DNA of 64,000 nucleotides from Octopus bimaculoides (taxonomy: Eukaryota), in assembly GCF_001194135.2 (NCBI RefSeq), contig NC_068994.1, forward strand, positions 41,652,210 to 41,716,209. The letters run 5' to 3'. The notes under the pieces are model-generated. The model saw only the letters and a program-made list of their open reading frames with translations, was not told the DNA's origin and did not search any database. Below, one piece after another: positions 38,409 to 51,898 of this stretch. Every line of letters starts with the position of its first letter. The stretch's first letter is position 1. The position numbers were made by a program, and so were the translations under genes.

Positions 38409-39300
38409 TATATCTCAGTGGTGATGTGATGAAGGTGCTGGTGATAGTGGTGATGGTGATGGTGACGGTGATGGGGGGAGGGGGTAGTGGTGGCAGGCAG
38501 TAGTTGCAGNNNNNNNNNNNNNNNNNNNNNNNNNNNNNNNNNNNNNNNNNNNNNNNNNNNNNNNNNNNNNNNNNNNNNNNNNNNNNNNNNNNNNNNNNNN
38601 NNNNNNNNNGAGAGAGAGAGAGAGAGAGAGAGCATTGGAAAGTACTGCAGAAGATTTTTGGTGAGAAGAGAGAAAAATGAATATAAAAGTTGTTTATTTT
38701 TGCTGCTTTTGGACGATATTGTATGTACATGTGTATGTATTTAGGGATAAATATGTATAAATGTGTATTTGTGTGTATGTATGTGTGTGTGCGTGCATGC
38801 ATGTGCTGGTATGTGCGTATGTGTTTACATCATGTATGCGTATGCATTTGTATGTAATGTTTGATGGTGTTGTGGGAAATAATGTATGTGGTATAACATG
38901 TACAACGAAGTAGTTTATACATGTATGCGTGCATGTGTGTGTGTGTGCATGTGTGTGCGTATGTGTGTGTATGAGTGTGTGTGTGTGTGTGTGTGTGTAG
39001 TAGGGCATGTACAATGAAGAAATATATGTGTGTATGTGATAAAGCTTGTACAATGCAAAATATGCATGTGTATGGTAGAATCTGCACAATAAAGTTATAT
39101 GTATGTATGTTGCAGTGTCTATGTATGTATGCATGTATATATATGCATATATTCTGTAGAACTAGTGCAATATAACATATATATATATTATATGGTAGAG
39201 CCGATACAGTTAGTAAATGTATGCGTATGTGGTGCTGGAATGTATAACCTAAGCCACATTCATGTCTATGATTGAGTAATACATAGATATAGGGTAGCAT
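32440..39300. repeat. Large mosaic of simple repeats: (AG)n, (TG)n, (GGT)n, (AGT)n, (GAT)n, (ACT)n, (TA)n
   Basis: Read directly from the sequence. All ORFs here are homopolymeric or dipeptide runs. Confidence 0.9.
37330..38250 (+). mobile_element. Four copies of an unclassified interspersed repeat (family G)
   Basis: Motifs TATGATCAAA..(G/C)ATTCCAGCCATGACC and GGGTGTGATTTGAGGGAGA..GCTATTTCTA..TAGAAGCTCC recur here and at about 14060-14200, 43350-43530, 48630-49200 (-), 49960-50040 (-), 50320-50390 (-) and 52150-52300. Confidence 0.65.
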
Positions 39301-39889
39301 CTATACAGTGAATAAATATGTATGGATGTGATAGAAAAACCATACAATGAAGAAATTTTCTTTAGTCATTTATAATATCCCTAATTGGTTGGAAGAACGA
39401 ACTTAAACAAAAGCAGATTCAATTAGCTGCTTTCTTGCAGCATGGAGAGATCTTTATACTGAAGCATGAGAAATGTTTATTTATTTATTTATTCATTTAT
39501 ATTGCTATTTATTTATTTATTTATTTTGTTGATGGTTTGGTCTGGAGCTGTGGTTCCCATCCTGTGGGTCATTGTATAATTTTGAAAGAGATTCAATGAA
39601 TAAAATCTTTTTTTTCTTTGGAAATACTTGATAAAATATAATATGTTCACAAATATGGTTATACAATAAACCATGGGATTAAGGACCACAGCATGACATT
39701 TACTGCATGCGAAAACTGAAGAATATATCCACCCAGCCCCCAAAAATAATAAAAATGTTAAATGCATTACCCAACTTTTTTTTCTTTTTTTTTTTTTGTA
39801 TGTAATAAAAAGGGATTGCTGAGGATTATTGATTTGCCAAAATGGGTCATACTAATAGATAGGAACTGCTGGTTTAGAAAAAAAAAGAA

Positions 39890-40225
39890 AGAAAAATGGG
39901 CTTTGTCCACAGCCTTTGCAGGCCTTCCATGGCTGGTGAGATCAATGTGGTTCATATTCATCTTGACCAACTGCAGGGGGGAAAAAATAGGCTGATATTC
40001 TAGGAAAGAAGAAATGGGACAAAATGCTAGCACAAGGCTTTGGAGTAGTGTAAAGTGGAAAGCTTCGGTGACAAGGGGAGGAGAGATGGAGGAATAGGGT
40101 AATTGTGAGTGGAAGTGGTATGAAATCAGTCAACCATGAGGACCAACAACTATTGTAGTATTGGTTGAACTAGTAGAGCAAGGAGACAAACATCATGAAT
40201 CAGAGAGTGTATGCTTCTTGCTTTT
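39890..40225 (-). repeat. Ancient repeat of about 320 bp, an inverted paralogue of 41630-41945
   Basis: The reverse complement shares AAGCAAGAAGCAT, TCTCCTTG, CTGCAG..GATGAA(T/C)ATGAACCACATTGA(T/G)CTCA and GGAAGGCCTG(C/A)AAAGGC with the 41.6-kb copy. Confidence 0.7.
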
Positions 40226-41389
40226 GTTGTTACTTCCAGCTGATATATTAAAACCTCCAAGGAAATGCAGTATGCTTTTGATTGTACACTGTATAGACAT
40301 GCTGTCTTTGGACTGAGAGAAGAATATAATTCACCAGCTGTGACTGACTCCTGTGATAAAACTGTGCATATGCATGATTAAATCATATACATGTTGGTGC
40401 ATACACAGTACACATGTACTTAAACATACTGAGAGTAGTGAAAGTAAAACCCTTAACAGCTTAGCTCTGTGTGTTGTTGTTGCTGTCGTTTTTTTTATCC
40501 CTGGGTTGTTTCTGATTGAGATAAGGACTTACAATTTGGAGAAGGGACATAATTTATCATAAGGTATTGTATTTCATGAACCCTTGAAGGATGAAGGGTA
40601 AAGTTGATGGCAGGATTTGAACTCAAAAGGAAAGAAGAGTAACTAAATAACACAATGCATTTTGTTCAGTTCTCTAATGATTTCACTCTGTAATATTTCA
40701 GGTAAACTACAAGAGCTTACAAAAGATAACAGGATTTTTTTTCTTTTTGTTTATAAATATGTTTGTGCACAGAACAAGTTAACAAAGAAACCAGCAATTA
40801 TACAACAATTTTTTAAATTTTTTAGGAGAAGTAGGGATCTAGTAATAGGACTAACACCCTCATTAGTACACCACCTAGTTTCTATCATTTAACCAATGGG
40901 GATTACGTAGATAGGCCATGGCAGAGTGGTGTCTAACATACATTAGTGTAAATCTCATGAATTCCCTATATACTCAGCATGTGAGGTATCTATCAAAAGA
41001 CACAGCCCATGTTGTGTTGCCCTATCCAGTCACTTCAGTTCCAAAGGGATATGGAGCAAACCACGAAACTAATAGGGTATACACTAAGTGGATTTGAATA
41101 TAAATTTGGAGTTGTGAGAAACACCATGTGAAACAACAACCATACCATTGCAGCACAATAAATGTTTACCATGAGAAGACAAAGTGAGCTATACTTTCTT
41201 GTAGTATCGAGTACAGTGTTAGTCACAGCTGGTGGATTTTATTCTCCTCTCAGTTCAAAGACAGAGTATGCATTCAGAACAGAAGCAGCCTGCATTTCCT
41301 AGAAGATTATAATATAATCTTGGAACAACAGCATTATATTATAATATACCCCTAGATTATAATACATAATATAATATAATGTAATATAA

Positions 41390-41566
41390 CATATCTCCAG
41401 ATTATATAGGTTTCAAATTATGGCACAAAGCCAGCAATTTTGTGGGCAGGAGTAAGTCGATTAGATCAAACCCAGTGTTGTATTGGGACTTGTTTTATCA
41501 ACCAGGAATGGATAAAAAGCAAAGTCAATGGCTGGCAGAATTTGAACTCATATCTCCAGATTATAT
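41390..41566 (-). mobile_element. 5'-truncated SINE-A with a perfect 18-bp target-site duplication
   Basis: CATATCTCCAGATTATAT at 41390-41407 and 41549-41566 flanks a SINE-A that is truncated at the B box. Confidence 0.85.
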
Positions 41567-41629
41567 TATAATATAATATGATCTGCTTCTAGATTGTATT
41601 ATTGTCTAATACAATCTGGAGGCAACAAC

Positions 41630-41945
41630 AAAAGCAAGAAGCATGCAATCCCTGATCCACAATATCTATCTCCTTGGTCTGCTTCTACCTATCCTACAAT
41701 AGCTACAAACCTTCATTGTTGGTTGATTACCTTCTACTTTTACTCACACCTACCCAATTGCTTCACCTCCCATTCTCTTGTCATCCACATTCACACCCCA
41801 TTCTCAAGTGTTGCACTAACATTTTCTCTCATTCCTTCCTTTCCACATCAGCCCATGTTCTTCCTGCAGTTTTTCGAGATGAACATGAACCACATTGAGC
41901 TCAGTAGTTTTGGAAGGCCTGAAAAGGCCATGGCTACACTTCTAT
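41630..41945 (+). repeat. Ancient repeat of about 320 bp, an inverted paralogue of 39890-40225
   Basis: See 39890-40225. The opposite strand gives weak RTE-like residues (SSMWF, GRSRPRR). Confidence 0.65.
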
Positions 41946-41954
41946 CTTCTAGAT

Positions 41955-42298
41955 CAGTGGTTCTCAACTATTTTTAACCTATGGAACTCTTTGGTAGACT
42001 CCCATAATCATTCGATGTTTGAAAACTAGTTTTATAGATACTTCTTTCAAATTACCTATTTTGTTTTCCATACGTTCACTTGTAAAAACATTCAGCGGTC
42101 AAAAACATGCTATGCAATGTAAAATGTTAGAAAAAGAAACCTAGTTGTTTCTCGCAATAAATACCTCTAAAAGCAAAATTTATTCATGGGTCCTTAAAAT
42201 ATTGTTGTGGATCCCCAATTTACTGCTTGCATGCGTAGACCCCTAAAAATCTTATATGGACTTCTAAGGGTCATATCAACCCTGATTGAGAACAACTG
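41955..42298. mobile_element. hAT (Charlie-like) MITE
   Basis: TIRs CAGTGGTTCTCAAC and GATTGAGAACAACTG. The 8-bp flanks TTCTAGAT and CTCCAGAT match at 6 of 8 positions and resemble the NTCTAGAN target preference. Confidence 0.8.
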
Positions 42299-42566
42299 CT
42301 CCAGATTACCAGTTCTCAAACATTTATCACATCAATAATACCCTGCAACACCGTTTTTGATATTTAAATTTAAAAAAAATAAGAAATCCTGTGGGATGAA
42401 CATAACATTTAAATTTTTGGGTGGTTGGGAAAGATACATTCCTCAGTTTTTTATTTTGTTTTTGTTTTTTTTTTTTAACAGATAGGAAGACTGAGCCATT
42501 AAGAATTAAATGCCTTAGCCATGGATATCCATCATCAGCTAATATACAATAGCTTACCAAATAGAA

Positions 42567-42600
<34 letters not shown>

Positions 42601-43837
42601 CATCCAGTAAATCAAGATATCTGATGATGTGTATATTCATTTACCTATCTAATAGACATAGCCATAGAATCTTTCTTGAATCACAGCTACAGTCATGCAA
42701 AGGGGAGGAGTACATTGTATTGTGTAGATCTGGACACCCTTTAAAGGATAGTATGTTCTTTGGTGAAGAGCTTCTGATCACAACACTGCTCAATAATGAC
42801 TGACAACGGTATGGACGATGACAAAAAGACTTTGACGTTGTACCAAGTCATCTAAGTTATTCCAGATTACCTAGTCTGATTATTCCTTCATGGAATTCTG
42901 TATATCACTAAACCAGAGTTCATCTCTGGTTTCTTTGAGGTCAAAGAAGTAGACTGGCAGTCATTGTAGTTTTTTTTTTTGTTAGACCCCCAGTATATCA
43001 CAGGTAGACTTGTCAATGGAAAAAAATGGCATTCAACAATGCACTTAAACAGACCATTTGTAATTTTTTTTTTTTTCAACTATAGGCACATGGCCTAAAA
43101 TTTTTCTGGAAGCGAAAGTTGATTATATTGACTCCAGTGTTCAACTGGTATTTATCATATTGACATCAAAAAGAAGAAAGGTAAAACTGACTTCAGCATA
43201 ACTTGAACTCAGAATGTAAAGCCAAAAGAAATGGCACTAAGCAGTTTCTCCATCTTGCTAATGATTCTGCCAGCTTGTTGCCTAGCAAATTTAAATTCAC
43301 AGCTTTTGCTTAAGATGTTGTTGTTATTGTTCATCCCAAGATCTACTCAACTAAGTAGAGTTATGGACAAAGACATTCCAACCATGACCATCCAGTCTTT
43401 TCCTATGTGCTAGATACACAGCTTCACATTCTCAAATGTCATTTTCTAGGAAGGGTGAATGTGATGGAGATTTGATTGCTATTTCTAGCCGGTTCAATGT
43501 GTGTCCTTGAATGATGACATAGAAGCTTCCATGTTGTTGTTGTGGCTGCTGTGGCTTTTCATTGCCCCAAGTCATCCCTCTTCATACTAACCTATGATTA
43601 AAATTATTTCAGCTATAACCATTCTAACTTTTCCTTTATATACAGGGAATTCAAAATGACATTATCAAACATGACATTTTCCTAAGATTCTAGAGTATAA
43701 TTTTCAGGAGGTTTAACAGCTATATCTAGTTATGCCTAATATTTTTGAATTGATATATTTGATGATATGTAGTTATTTTATATAAAACAGGTTCTGCTAT
43801 GAGAAGTGATTGAGCATATGTTTTGAAATCCACTGAC

Positions 43838-44230
43838 TTTTATATCAAGAGTGAGCCAGAGAAACAAAGCTATTTTGAAAAATCATATTAGATCTCAAGA
43901 GAATGTTACCACCAAGATGAGCTGAAGGACGTGAATGGACAGAGGCTGGCTGATCAAGTCAGACAAATTAAGATTAAGAAGTGAGTAGAAGTGAAACCAG
44001 AGAAAATTACACAGGCAATGAATGGAAAATGAACTTCAGTTCTCTGTAGATCCATAAGAAATACATGTTGCATAAGAGAATTAGCAGGGCATTGATATGG
44101 TAGAAAGAAATGATAATGATTATAAAAAGAATATAAACAAATACTCTAGAAGTCATGAACAAAGAATTATAGCAAAGAAAGGAGTATTGTAGTTGAAAAT
44201 TCAAACAAGGAAGTGAAAGGAAAGAAGTGT
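43838..44230 (+). mobile_element. N-terminal ORF fragment of a Dong/R4-type retrotransposon
   Basis: FYIKSEPEKQSYFEKSY*ISRECYHQDELKDVNGQRLADQVRQIKIKK resembles the YxxSxPxxRGY...EQRLADQxRxI N-terminal motif of R4/Dong ORFs (recalled family motif, not searched). Confidence 0.65.
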
Positions 44231-44499
44231 TCAATTATATCCATATTTCAGTGTTTGATATTATAACATAAGGTGACCAAAAAAATGTGCAAACGTTACA
44301 GAATAAAAAAGAAAAATACGTATGTATGAGTGTATGTATATATGAGTGTATGTATGTGTGTGAATATATGTATGTTTATATATGTTTTGGGAGATGTGTC
44401 AACAAAAGGTCAAACAAATAAAAAAAAAAGCAGAGTGGAATTTGTTTGAAAGAAAGTAAAGCAGGAGACAGACCAAGTAGTATAATGTCAATAGTGATA

Positions 44500-45480
<981 letters not shown>

Positions 45481-45499
45481 CTTTACATTCTGCCAGTAT

Positions 45500-45878
45500 G
45501 CCATCTGGGACAAACAAGAGTGCCTAATAATCGATGTGGCAATGCCAGGAGATCAACATATTACCATGAAAGAAAGAGAAAAGGTTCATAAATATGGAGA
45601 GCTGAGAATTGAGATTGCCCAGATGTGTCAGCTATGGAGTCAAGCATAAAGGTTATCCCTGTTGTCATCAGAGCATTGGGTTCAATACCACCCAACCTGA
45701 AAAAACATCTGGAAACTTTAGAAATGCCCTACAATTTCGGTGTATTGCAAGAATTGGCTTTATTTGGAACTGTGTGCATATTGTGCAAAATATACTGTCT
45801 GACTGAGGTCCTTGTTATGACTTGACATATCTTCAATCTACAACATCACAATATTGGATATTGTGCGACATCTTCAAC

Positions 45879-45910
<32 letters not shown>

Positions 45911-46209
45911 TAATAATAATGATAATGATAATGATAATAATAATGTGACAATCTGAAATGGGACATAAGCAGGTTGTGGGTCATGAAAAAGAGTAGATGT
46001 GATACTATAGTAATTGGCACACTTAGAAGTATCAGCACTCATCTACCAACATGGCTCAAAAAGATTGGTGCAAATCTAAAGATAGAAGACCTACAAAAAC
46101 CAGCATTGCTTGGAACTGCAAGAGTTCTCTGCAGGGTTCTTGAAGCATGATCAGTAAACAAGAGTCACTTTCCATCATACCCAGTAAAATAAGCCTAGAG
46201 TTTTCAACA

Positions 46210-46249
<40 letters not shown>

Positions 46250-47220
46250 GCAACCATGCTATGGGATATGCTAATACACACAGATAGAGAAATTAGGGCC
46301 AATAGGCCAGATATAGTTGTCAGAGATCATGAAGAAAAAAGTGCTTTCTAATTGATGAGACCAATAAAATGAATCTTCATTGATATAGGACTACACGAAG
46401 ATCATAACATTATAAAGACAGAAAATGAGACAGCTGAATGGTATCAAAATCTTGCATTTGAAGGGAAGTGCATTTATAGAGCCTCAAATGGGGGTGTGAC
46501 ACCCATTATGATTGGTGCATTCAGAAACATCTCAAAGAACATATAAACCTGGCATGAGAAGTCACAACTACCAAACATCAATGGAAGTACAAAGTTAGCT
46601 ACCATGCTCAGAACAAGCACACGTGTTGAGAAGTATTGTGTTTCTAAGCTACAAGAAGGAGCTGAGACAAGACATAGATAACCCAGAGGAACATTAAAAC
46701 TTGGGAAAATCCCCAAAATAATATTAGTAATAGTAACAACAATAACAATATTAATAATAATAATAATCCTTTCTACTATAGGCACACAGACTGGATTTTG
46801 TGAGGCGAGGGACAGTCAATCACATTGACCTTAGTACTTGACTGATACTTAATTTATCAACCCCAAAAGATGAAAGACAAAGTAAACCTCGGCAGAATTT
46901 GAACTCGGAATGCAAAGGCAGACGAAAAGCCACTAAGCATTTTTCCCAGCATACGAATGATTCTGCCAGCTCATCACCTTAATAACAATCACAATAATAA
47001 CAACAACAGTTGCTATAATAATAATTAATTGGTGCAATTGGCACAACATCCAAACTGCTACCAATTATTGGAATTGAGACTTGCATTGTTGACCTGCAGA
47101 AAAGTGAAATCCTGTATTTGGCAAGAATCCTTAGAAAAATGTTTAAGATTTGAAGAGAATTGTTGTTTCCAAACCTCAACACAACATCCCTGCTAACTAA
47201 TATAGCTTGTATAAGTTTTA
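45500..47220 (+). mobile_element. Five separate Dong/R4-type RLE-domain 3' fragments in (AAT)n, with interleaved minus-strand SINE-A
   Basis: About 45500-45800 CLIIDVAMPGDQHITMKEREKVHKY...VIPVVIRALG; 45944-46149 LQKPALLGTARVLCRVL*; 46250-46345 LWDMLIHTDREIRANRPDIVV; 46368-46650 FIDIGLHEDHNIIKTENETAEWYQNLAFE...TPIMIGAF; 47028-47150 LIGAIG...DLQKSEILYLARILRK. Confidence 0.88.
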
Positions 47221-47941
47221 ATAATCATAATTATAATACTAATTCTTTGCGCTGTAGCTTGGAATTGTATGGGAGGAGTTAGTCAATTGCATTGACCCCT
47301 GCATCTAACTGCTGCTTTTTTTATCTACCTCAAAAGGATGAAACATAATAGGGTAAAAATTTGATATTAATTAATATCAATTTAATACCAGGAAACCAGC
47401 ACATTAAAAGAATCAGAAGATTCAGAAACAATTTTGTGAGATCTCAAAAGGATTATTGTATATGTATATATAAAAGAGACCATTAAGTGGACTGCTAATG
47501 TGCTAGAAGAAGATCACTTAAAAATTCTCAAAGAAAATTCTTCCTCAAAAGGATGAAAAGTAGTTACCCTTGGCAGAATTGGAATTTAGTAAGTAAAGCT
47601 GGAAGAAATGCCAGCAATTTTAGGAGAAGAGGATTATTCAATTAAATGAATTCCAATATTTGACTGGTACCAAATTTCATTGATTCTGAAAGAATGATGG
47701 GCAAATTTGATCTCAAAGAGATTTGAACTGAAAATGTTATGTTCTGGATCAAATACCTCATGGCAATTCTTATGATGCTCAAATGTTTCTGCCAGATTGT
47801 TGCTTGCAACTAAGTAACAAGCAAGGTGATATTACAAAGACAAATTTCAACAACAGTAGGTGTTTATGTAAAATTAATTATACAAGAAACAGACAATGAG
47901 AACAAAACTATATAAAAGGAATTACACAAGATGTTCTGTAG

Positions 47942-47999
47942 ATGGACCTAGGACTAATCGAGGAACTCTACTGATTCAGAAGTTGTCTGGTTACCAAGG
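47942..47999 (+). CDS. Candidate internal exon (58 nt), product unknown
   Basis: Acceptor TGTTCTGTAG and strong donor AGG|GTAAGT. One open frame reads xGPRTNRGTLLIQKLSGYQG. No homology confirmed. Confidence 0.2.
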
Positions 48000-48567
48000 G
48001 TAAGTGCCCTCATCCAGCTGTCTTCTCTGTTCTATAGGTATAAGCTGAGACTGGCTCCATTCTTGCAAGCAATAATTCAATAAATTTTTGTAGGCACCAA
48101 TTCAGCAAATTTGCTCATTTAAGAGCAGCAACTTTCTTAACACTTTCACTTTTCACTCTTAGTGGAACTTGAAAATGACAATGTCTATCTTCAGTCCTTT
48201 CATCTTTTCCACCATACAACCTTTTTTTATTTTGATATAGCTACATGACAGGAAAACCTCCTTCTCTTCCCTGCCAAAGGAAAGCAGTGGGGTTGTTTCT
48301 TATGATGGCTTTCACTTCTAACCAGATTTATTCTACACATTGTGAAAGCTGTTCAATATAACTTGTCAAATTAACAAAGCTCTCTTACTGAACAAGTGTA
48401 TGCAGAATAACTTTCTCATTCTCCATACCTGCAGAGTTTATCCTGAACTAAGAATGTCTTCTAACCTTCAAAGACTCTTTTAGATCAGTGTTTTGTGTTG
48501 GTTTCATAGTGTTAAATGAGTAAGCAATACACCTTCTTTTTTACTTGAAATGATTCTAGTCTCTCTC

Positions 48568-49201
48568 AGGTACCAATCTCAGAGGATCTGGGGCATATTT
48601 CTAATAGATATATGAACAAGTGTAGGAGCCTCTCTACAGTCAGTTGATCTATTAGAAGTAACAGCCGAATTGTCACAAATCCCACTTTACTAATTTAAAA
48701 CAGTAAAGACACATTAGACAATGTAATCCTAGATATGCAAAAAGACAATTGAGACTGATCTAAGATTAAACAACTACAATACCAGATACATATAAAATTA
48801 GGTGTCCTAGGGATTTGAACTTACAACATTTGGATAAGTACTCCAATACTTTATCTACTATGTCATTTTGTTTCAGATTAATGATTTTGTCAGTCAGGCC
48901 AATTTCTTTAACACCTCATTGGTGCAGAGTAGCATAGCTGCTTGGGCTCAGATCAGCCCTGATCTGGAAAAATTATGATCAAAAGGTACCAATCTCAGAG
49001 GATCTGGGGCATATTTCTCATAGATATATGAACAAGTGTGGGGGACTCTACAATCATTTGATCTATTAGAAGTAACAGCTGAATTGTCACAAATCCCACT
49101 TTACTAACTTAAAACAGCAAAGACACATTAGACAATGTAATCCTAGATATATAAAAAGACAATTGAGACTGATCTAAGATTAAACAACTACAATACCAGA
49201 T
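48568..49201. repeat. Local direct duplication of about 220 bp (48568-48787 and 48984-49201)
   Basis: Both copies run from AGGTACCAATCTCAGAGGATCTGGGGC to CAACTACAATACCAGAT with scattered substitutions and no gap between them. Confidence 0.9.
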
Positions 49202-51855
49202 GCAATTTCGTTATATTCATAACAAATTCCAAATACAAATCTTGAAAATTTCAATAAACACAGGTACCTCTCCAAGTAAACAAAATTTATATATGGACCC
49301 ACATATTACAATTTTTACTCATGGAACCTCCTCAAAGCTTCTGTGGACCCCTGGAGGTCCCTGTGGACCCCTGGAGGTCCCTGTGGACCCCAGTTGGGAA
49401 ACCCTGGTTTAGAGTGTTGCAGATCAGCAATGGGGCCATAGTCACTTGACCTGTTAAAACTAGCAGTCAGACTATCTCATATTACACCAAACTGTCTTAT
49501 AACAATAAGAACATAGCAGAAAATGTAGTTTTTCTAGATATATAAGTGTGGTAAGCAGTGTGCTTCCTAACCTTATGGTTCTGGGTTCAATCCCACCCTG
49601 TGGAACCCTGGGCAAGTGTCTTCTACTATAGCCTTGTGAGTGGATTTGATAGATAGAAACTGAAAGAAGCCTGTCATATATCTGTGTGTGTATGTGTGTG
49701 TGTGTGTGTGTGTGCATGTGGTCTTTGTGTCTGAATCTTGTGGTTGTCCCAAAACACTGTTTGACAACCGGTGTTGTTGTTTTTACATCCCTGTATCTTA
49801 ATTAGCAGTTCAGCAAACTAGACTGACAGAATAAATAACTAGCTTAAAACAAATAAGCACTGGGATTGATTAATTCAACTAAAATAATCGAAAGTGATGC
49901 CCCAGCATGGCCACAATCTAATGATTGAAACCAAGATAAAGGCAATAAAGAAAGGATACAAAATGACAGACTGATCAAGGCTGGAACATGTTTTAGCATA
50001 GGTTTGCTCAAATCAGGGTTGACTTAGAAATAAACAACAAAAACAAAACAACCAAACTACCTGGCATTTTACAGTCTGTTTGCTGCTCTGTCACAAAGTT
50101 TTTATCCCTGACCTTATTTGCCTTGCTGCCATAGTGACCAACATTACATCCTACTTGGCCATTGTAACTCTCCACATAAGGTCATACATTTGAAAAGATA
50201 TGTTACTGGTTTAAAGGTTATTAGTTTTTTTTTTTAATATTTATAGCAGTCTCTGTTGACTTTCTTTATAAGAGCACCATTACCTAAACACTCTCACTAC
50301 ACCCTCTCTGCTACCATTACACAATGAGGTGGTTTGATCATTTAGAAATAGCAGCTGAATCCCCCTTAAATCACACCCTTTTTCCTTCATAGGCATCAAG
50401 TTGACAAAAGACTTTTAGAGACTTCTTTGACTGATTGGTTTATCATAGGATTTTTATGGGAAAATATAAAGATGTTTGAGGCACATGGCTTAGTGGTTAC
50501 AGTGTTGGACTCATGATCGTAAGACTATAGTTTTGATTCTTGGACTGGGTGACGCATTGTGTTCTTGAGCAAAACACTTCATTTCACATTGCTCCAGTCC
50601 ACTCAGCTGGCAAATATGATGATTCCTGTGATGGACTGGCATACCATCCAGGCGAGAAATATATATTCTGGTTTGCCAGTTTTCCTGGAAAACCAGCCCT
50701 ATAAGTTTATATGACTCGGGATGGCACTTTACTTTTTTACTTATATTAAGATGGTTTCCTGTTACTTTTTTGTTCAGGCATTTTTCAAGCAAAACACATT
50801 CAGTTAGATACAAACAAGTTTGCTACACTCCTTGGGCCTTCTGAGCATAAATACTTGGAACAAAATCTACAAAGCATTATTATGTATAACACTTTGACAA
50901 TTCCACCAATGCATTGTCATGGGTTCATATATTATTTCATTGACTCCAGAACAATGAAAGTTAAAATTCACCTCATTGAGATTTGAGCTCAGAACATAAT
51001 GAGTCAGAACATTTTGTCTGGCATTCAAGTGATTTTGCCAATTTACTGCTTAGTCACTCCAAACAGTCTTAAAGGAAGACCACTTATTTCTAATAAAATC
51101 CTTTTGAATTGTTTAAGAAAGCCTAAAAGAACTTCTACAAGAGTCTACTAGACTAAGAAAGTCTAAAAGAACTTCTAGAAAAAATTTAACCCTTTAACAT
51201 TTAACTTGGCCATATTTGTCCTAAAATCATCGGTCTTTATGTTCCGAGTTCAAGTTCCACTGAGGTTGACTTTGCCTTTCATCCTTTCAGGGTCAATAAA
51301 TTAAGTACCGGTGCTGCTCAATCATGGCTGCAGTCTAATGATTGAAACAAGTAAAAGATAAAAAGATATATATATATACATATATCTATATCTATCTATC
51401 TATATATATATATGTATAAGATTCACTCACAAGGCATTGGTCAGTTTTGGGTTATAGTAGAAGATACTTACTCAAAGTACTACACAGAGGTACTGAACCC
51501 AAAACCACACAGTTGCAAAGCAAGTATCTTAACCACACAGCCATTTCTGTGCCTCTTAAAATATTTGAAACCACCTCCAACTAAAACCTAGAAAACATTT
51601 TAAAATTTCCCCAAACTAACACCATGATGTAATTCCACTCAACTAGTCTAACTTATAACTTCCTTTACTACTGCTTCTGTCAGCCTAGTAGTATCTTTTA
51701 ATGTAGTCCACTGATCTGAACATCTCATATTGTATGCTGTTAATCCTGTCACAACCTTTACTGCAAGGATAAAAGCTGATAAATTATCAGTAACCAAAAT
51801 CTGAACAGTGAATCATAGCTAATAATTTAGGGAACAATTTCATTTTCTTTTCCAG

Positions 51856-51898
51856 GTTCTGGAGAAATGGACTTCATTGCTCTTGGCTTGAGTGCTAA
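51856..51898 (+). CDS. Candidate terminal exon, product unknown
   Basis: Strong acceptor TTTCATTTTCTTTTCCAG. One frame reads xFWRNGLHCSWLEC*, with AATAAA at 51964-51969. Confidence 0.22.

Noticed and set aside
39660-39740. LNPMVY in a minus-strand ORF resembling the GPCR NPxxY motif
   Set aside because: It is an isolated match with no other transmembrane helices or exon structure.
48000-48240. Possible decayed LINE endonuclease on the minus strand (KIDIVIF, VSAYT)
   Set aside because: The motifs are too short and fragmented to support a call.
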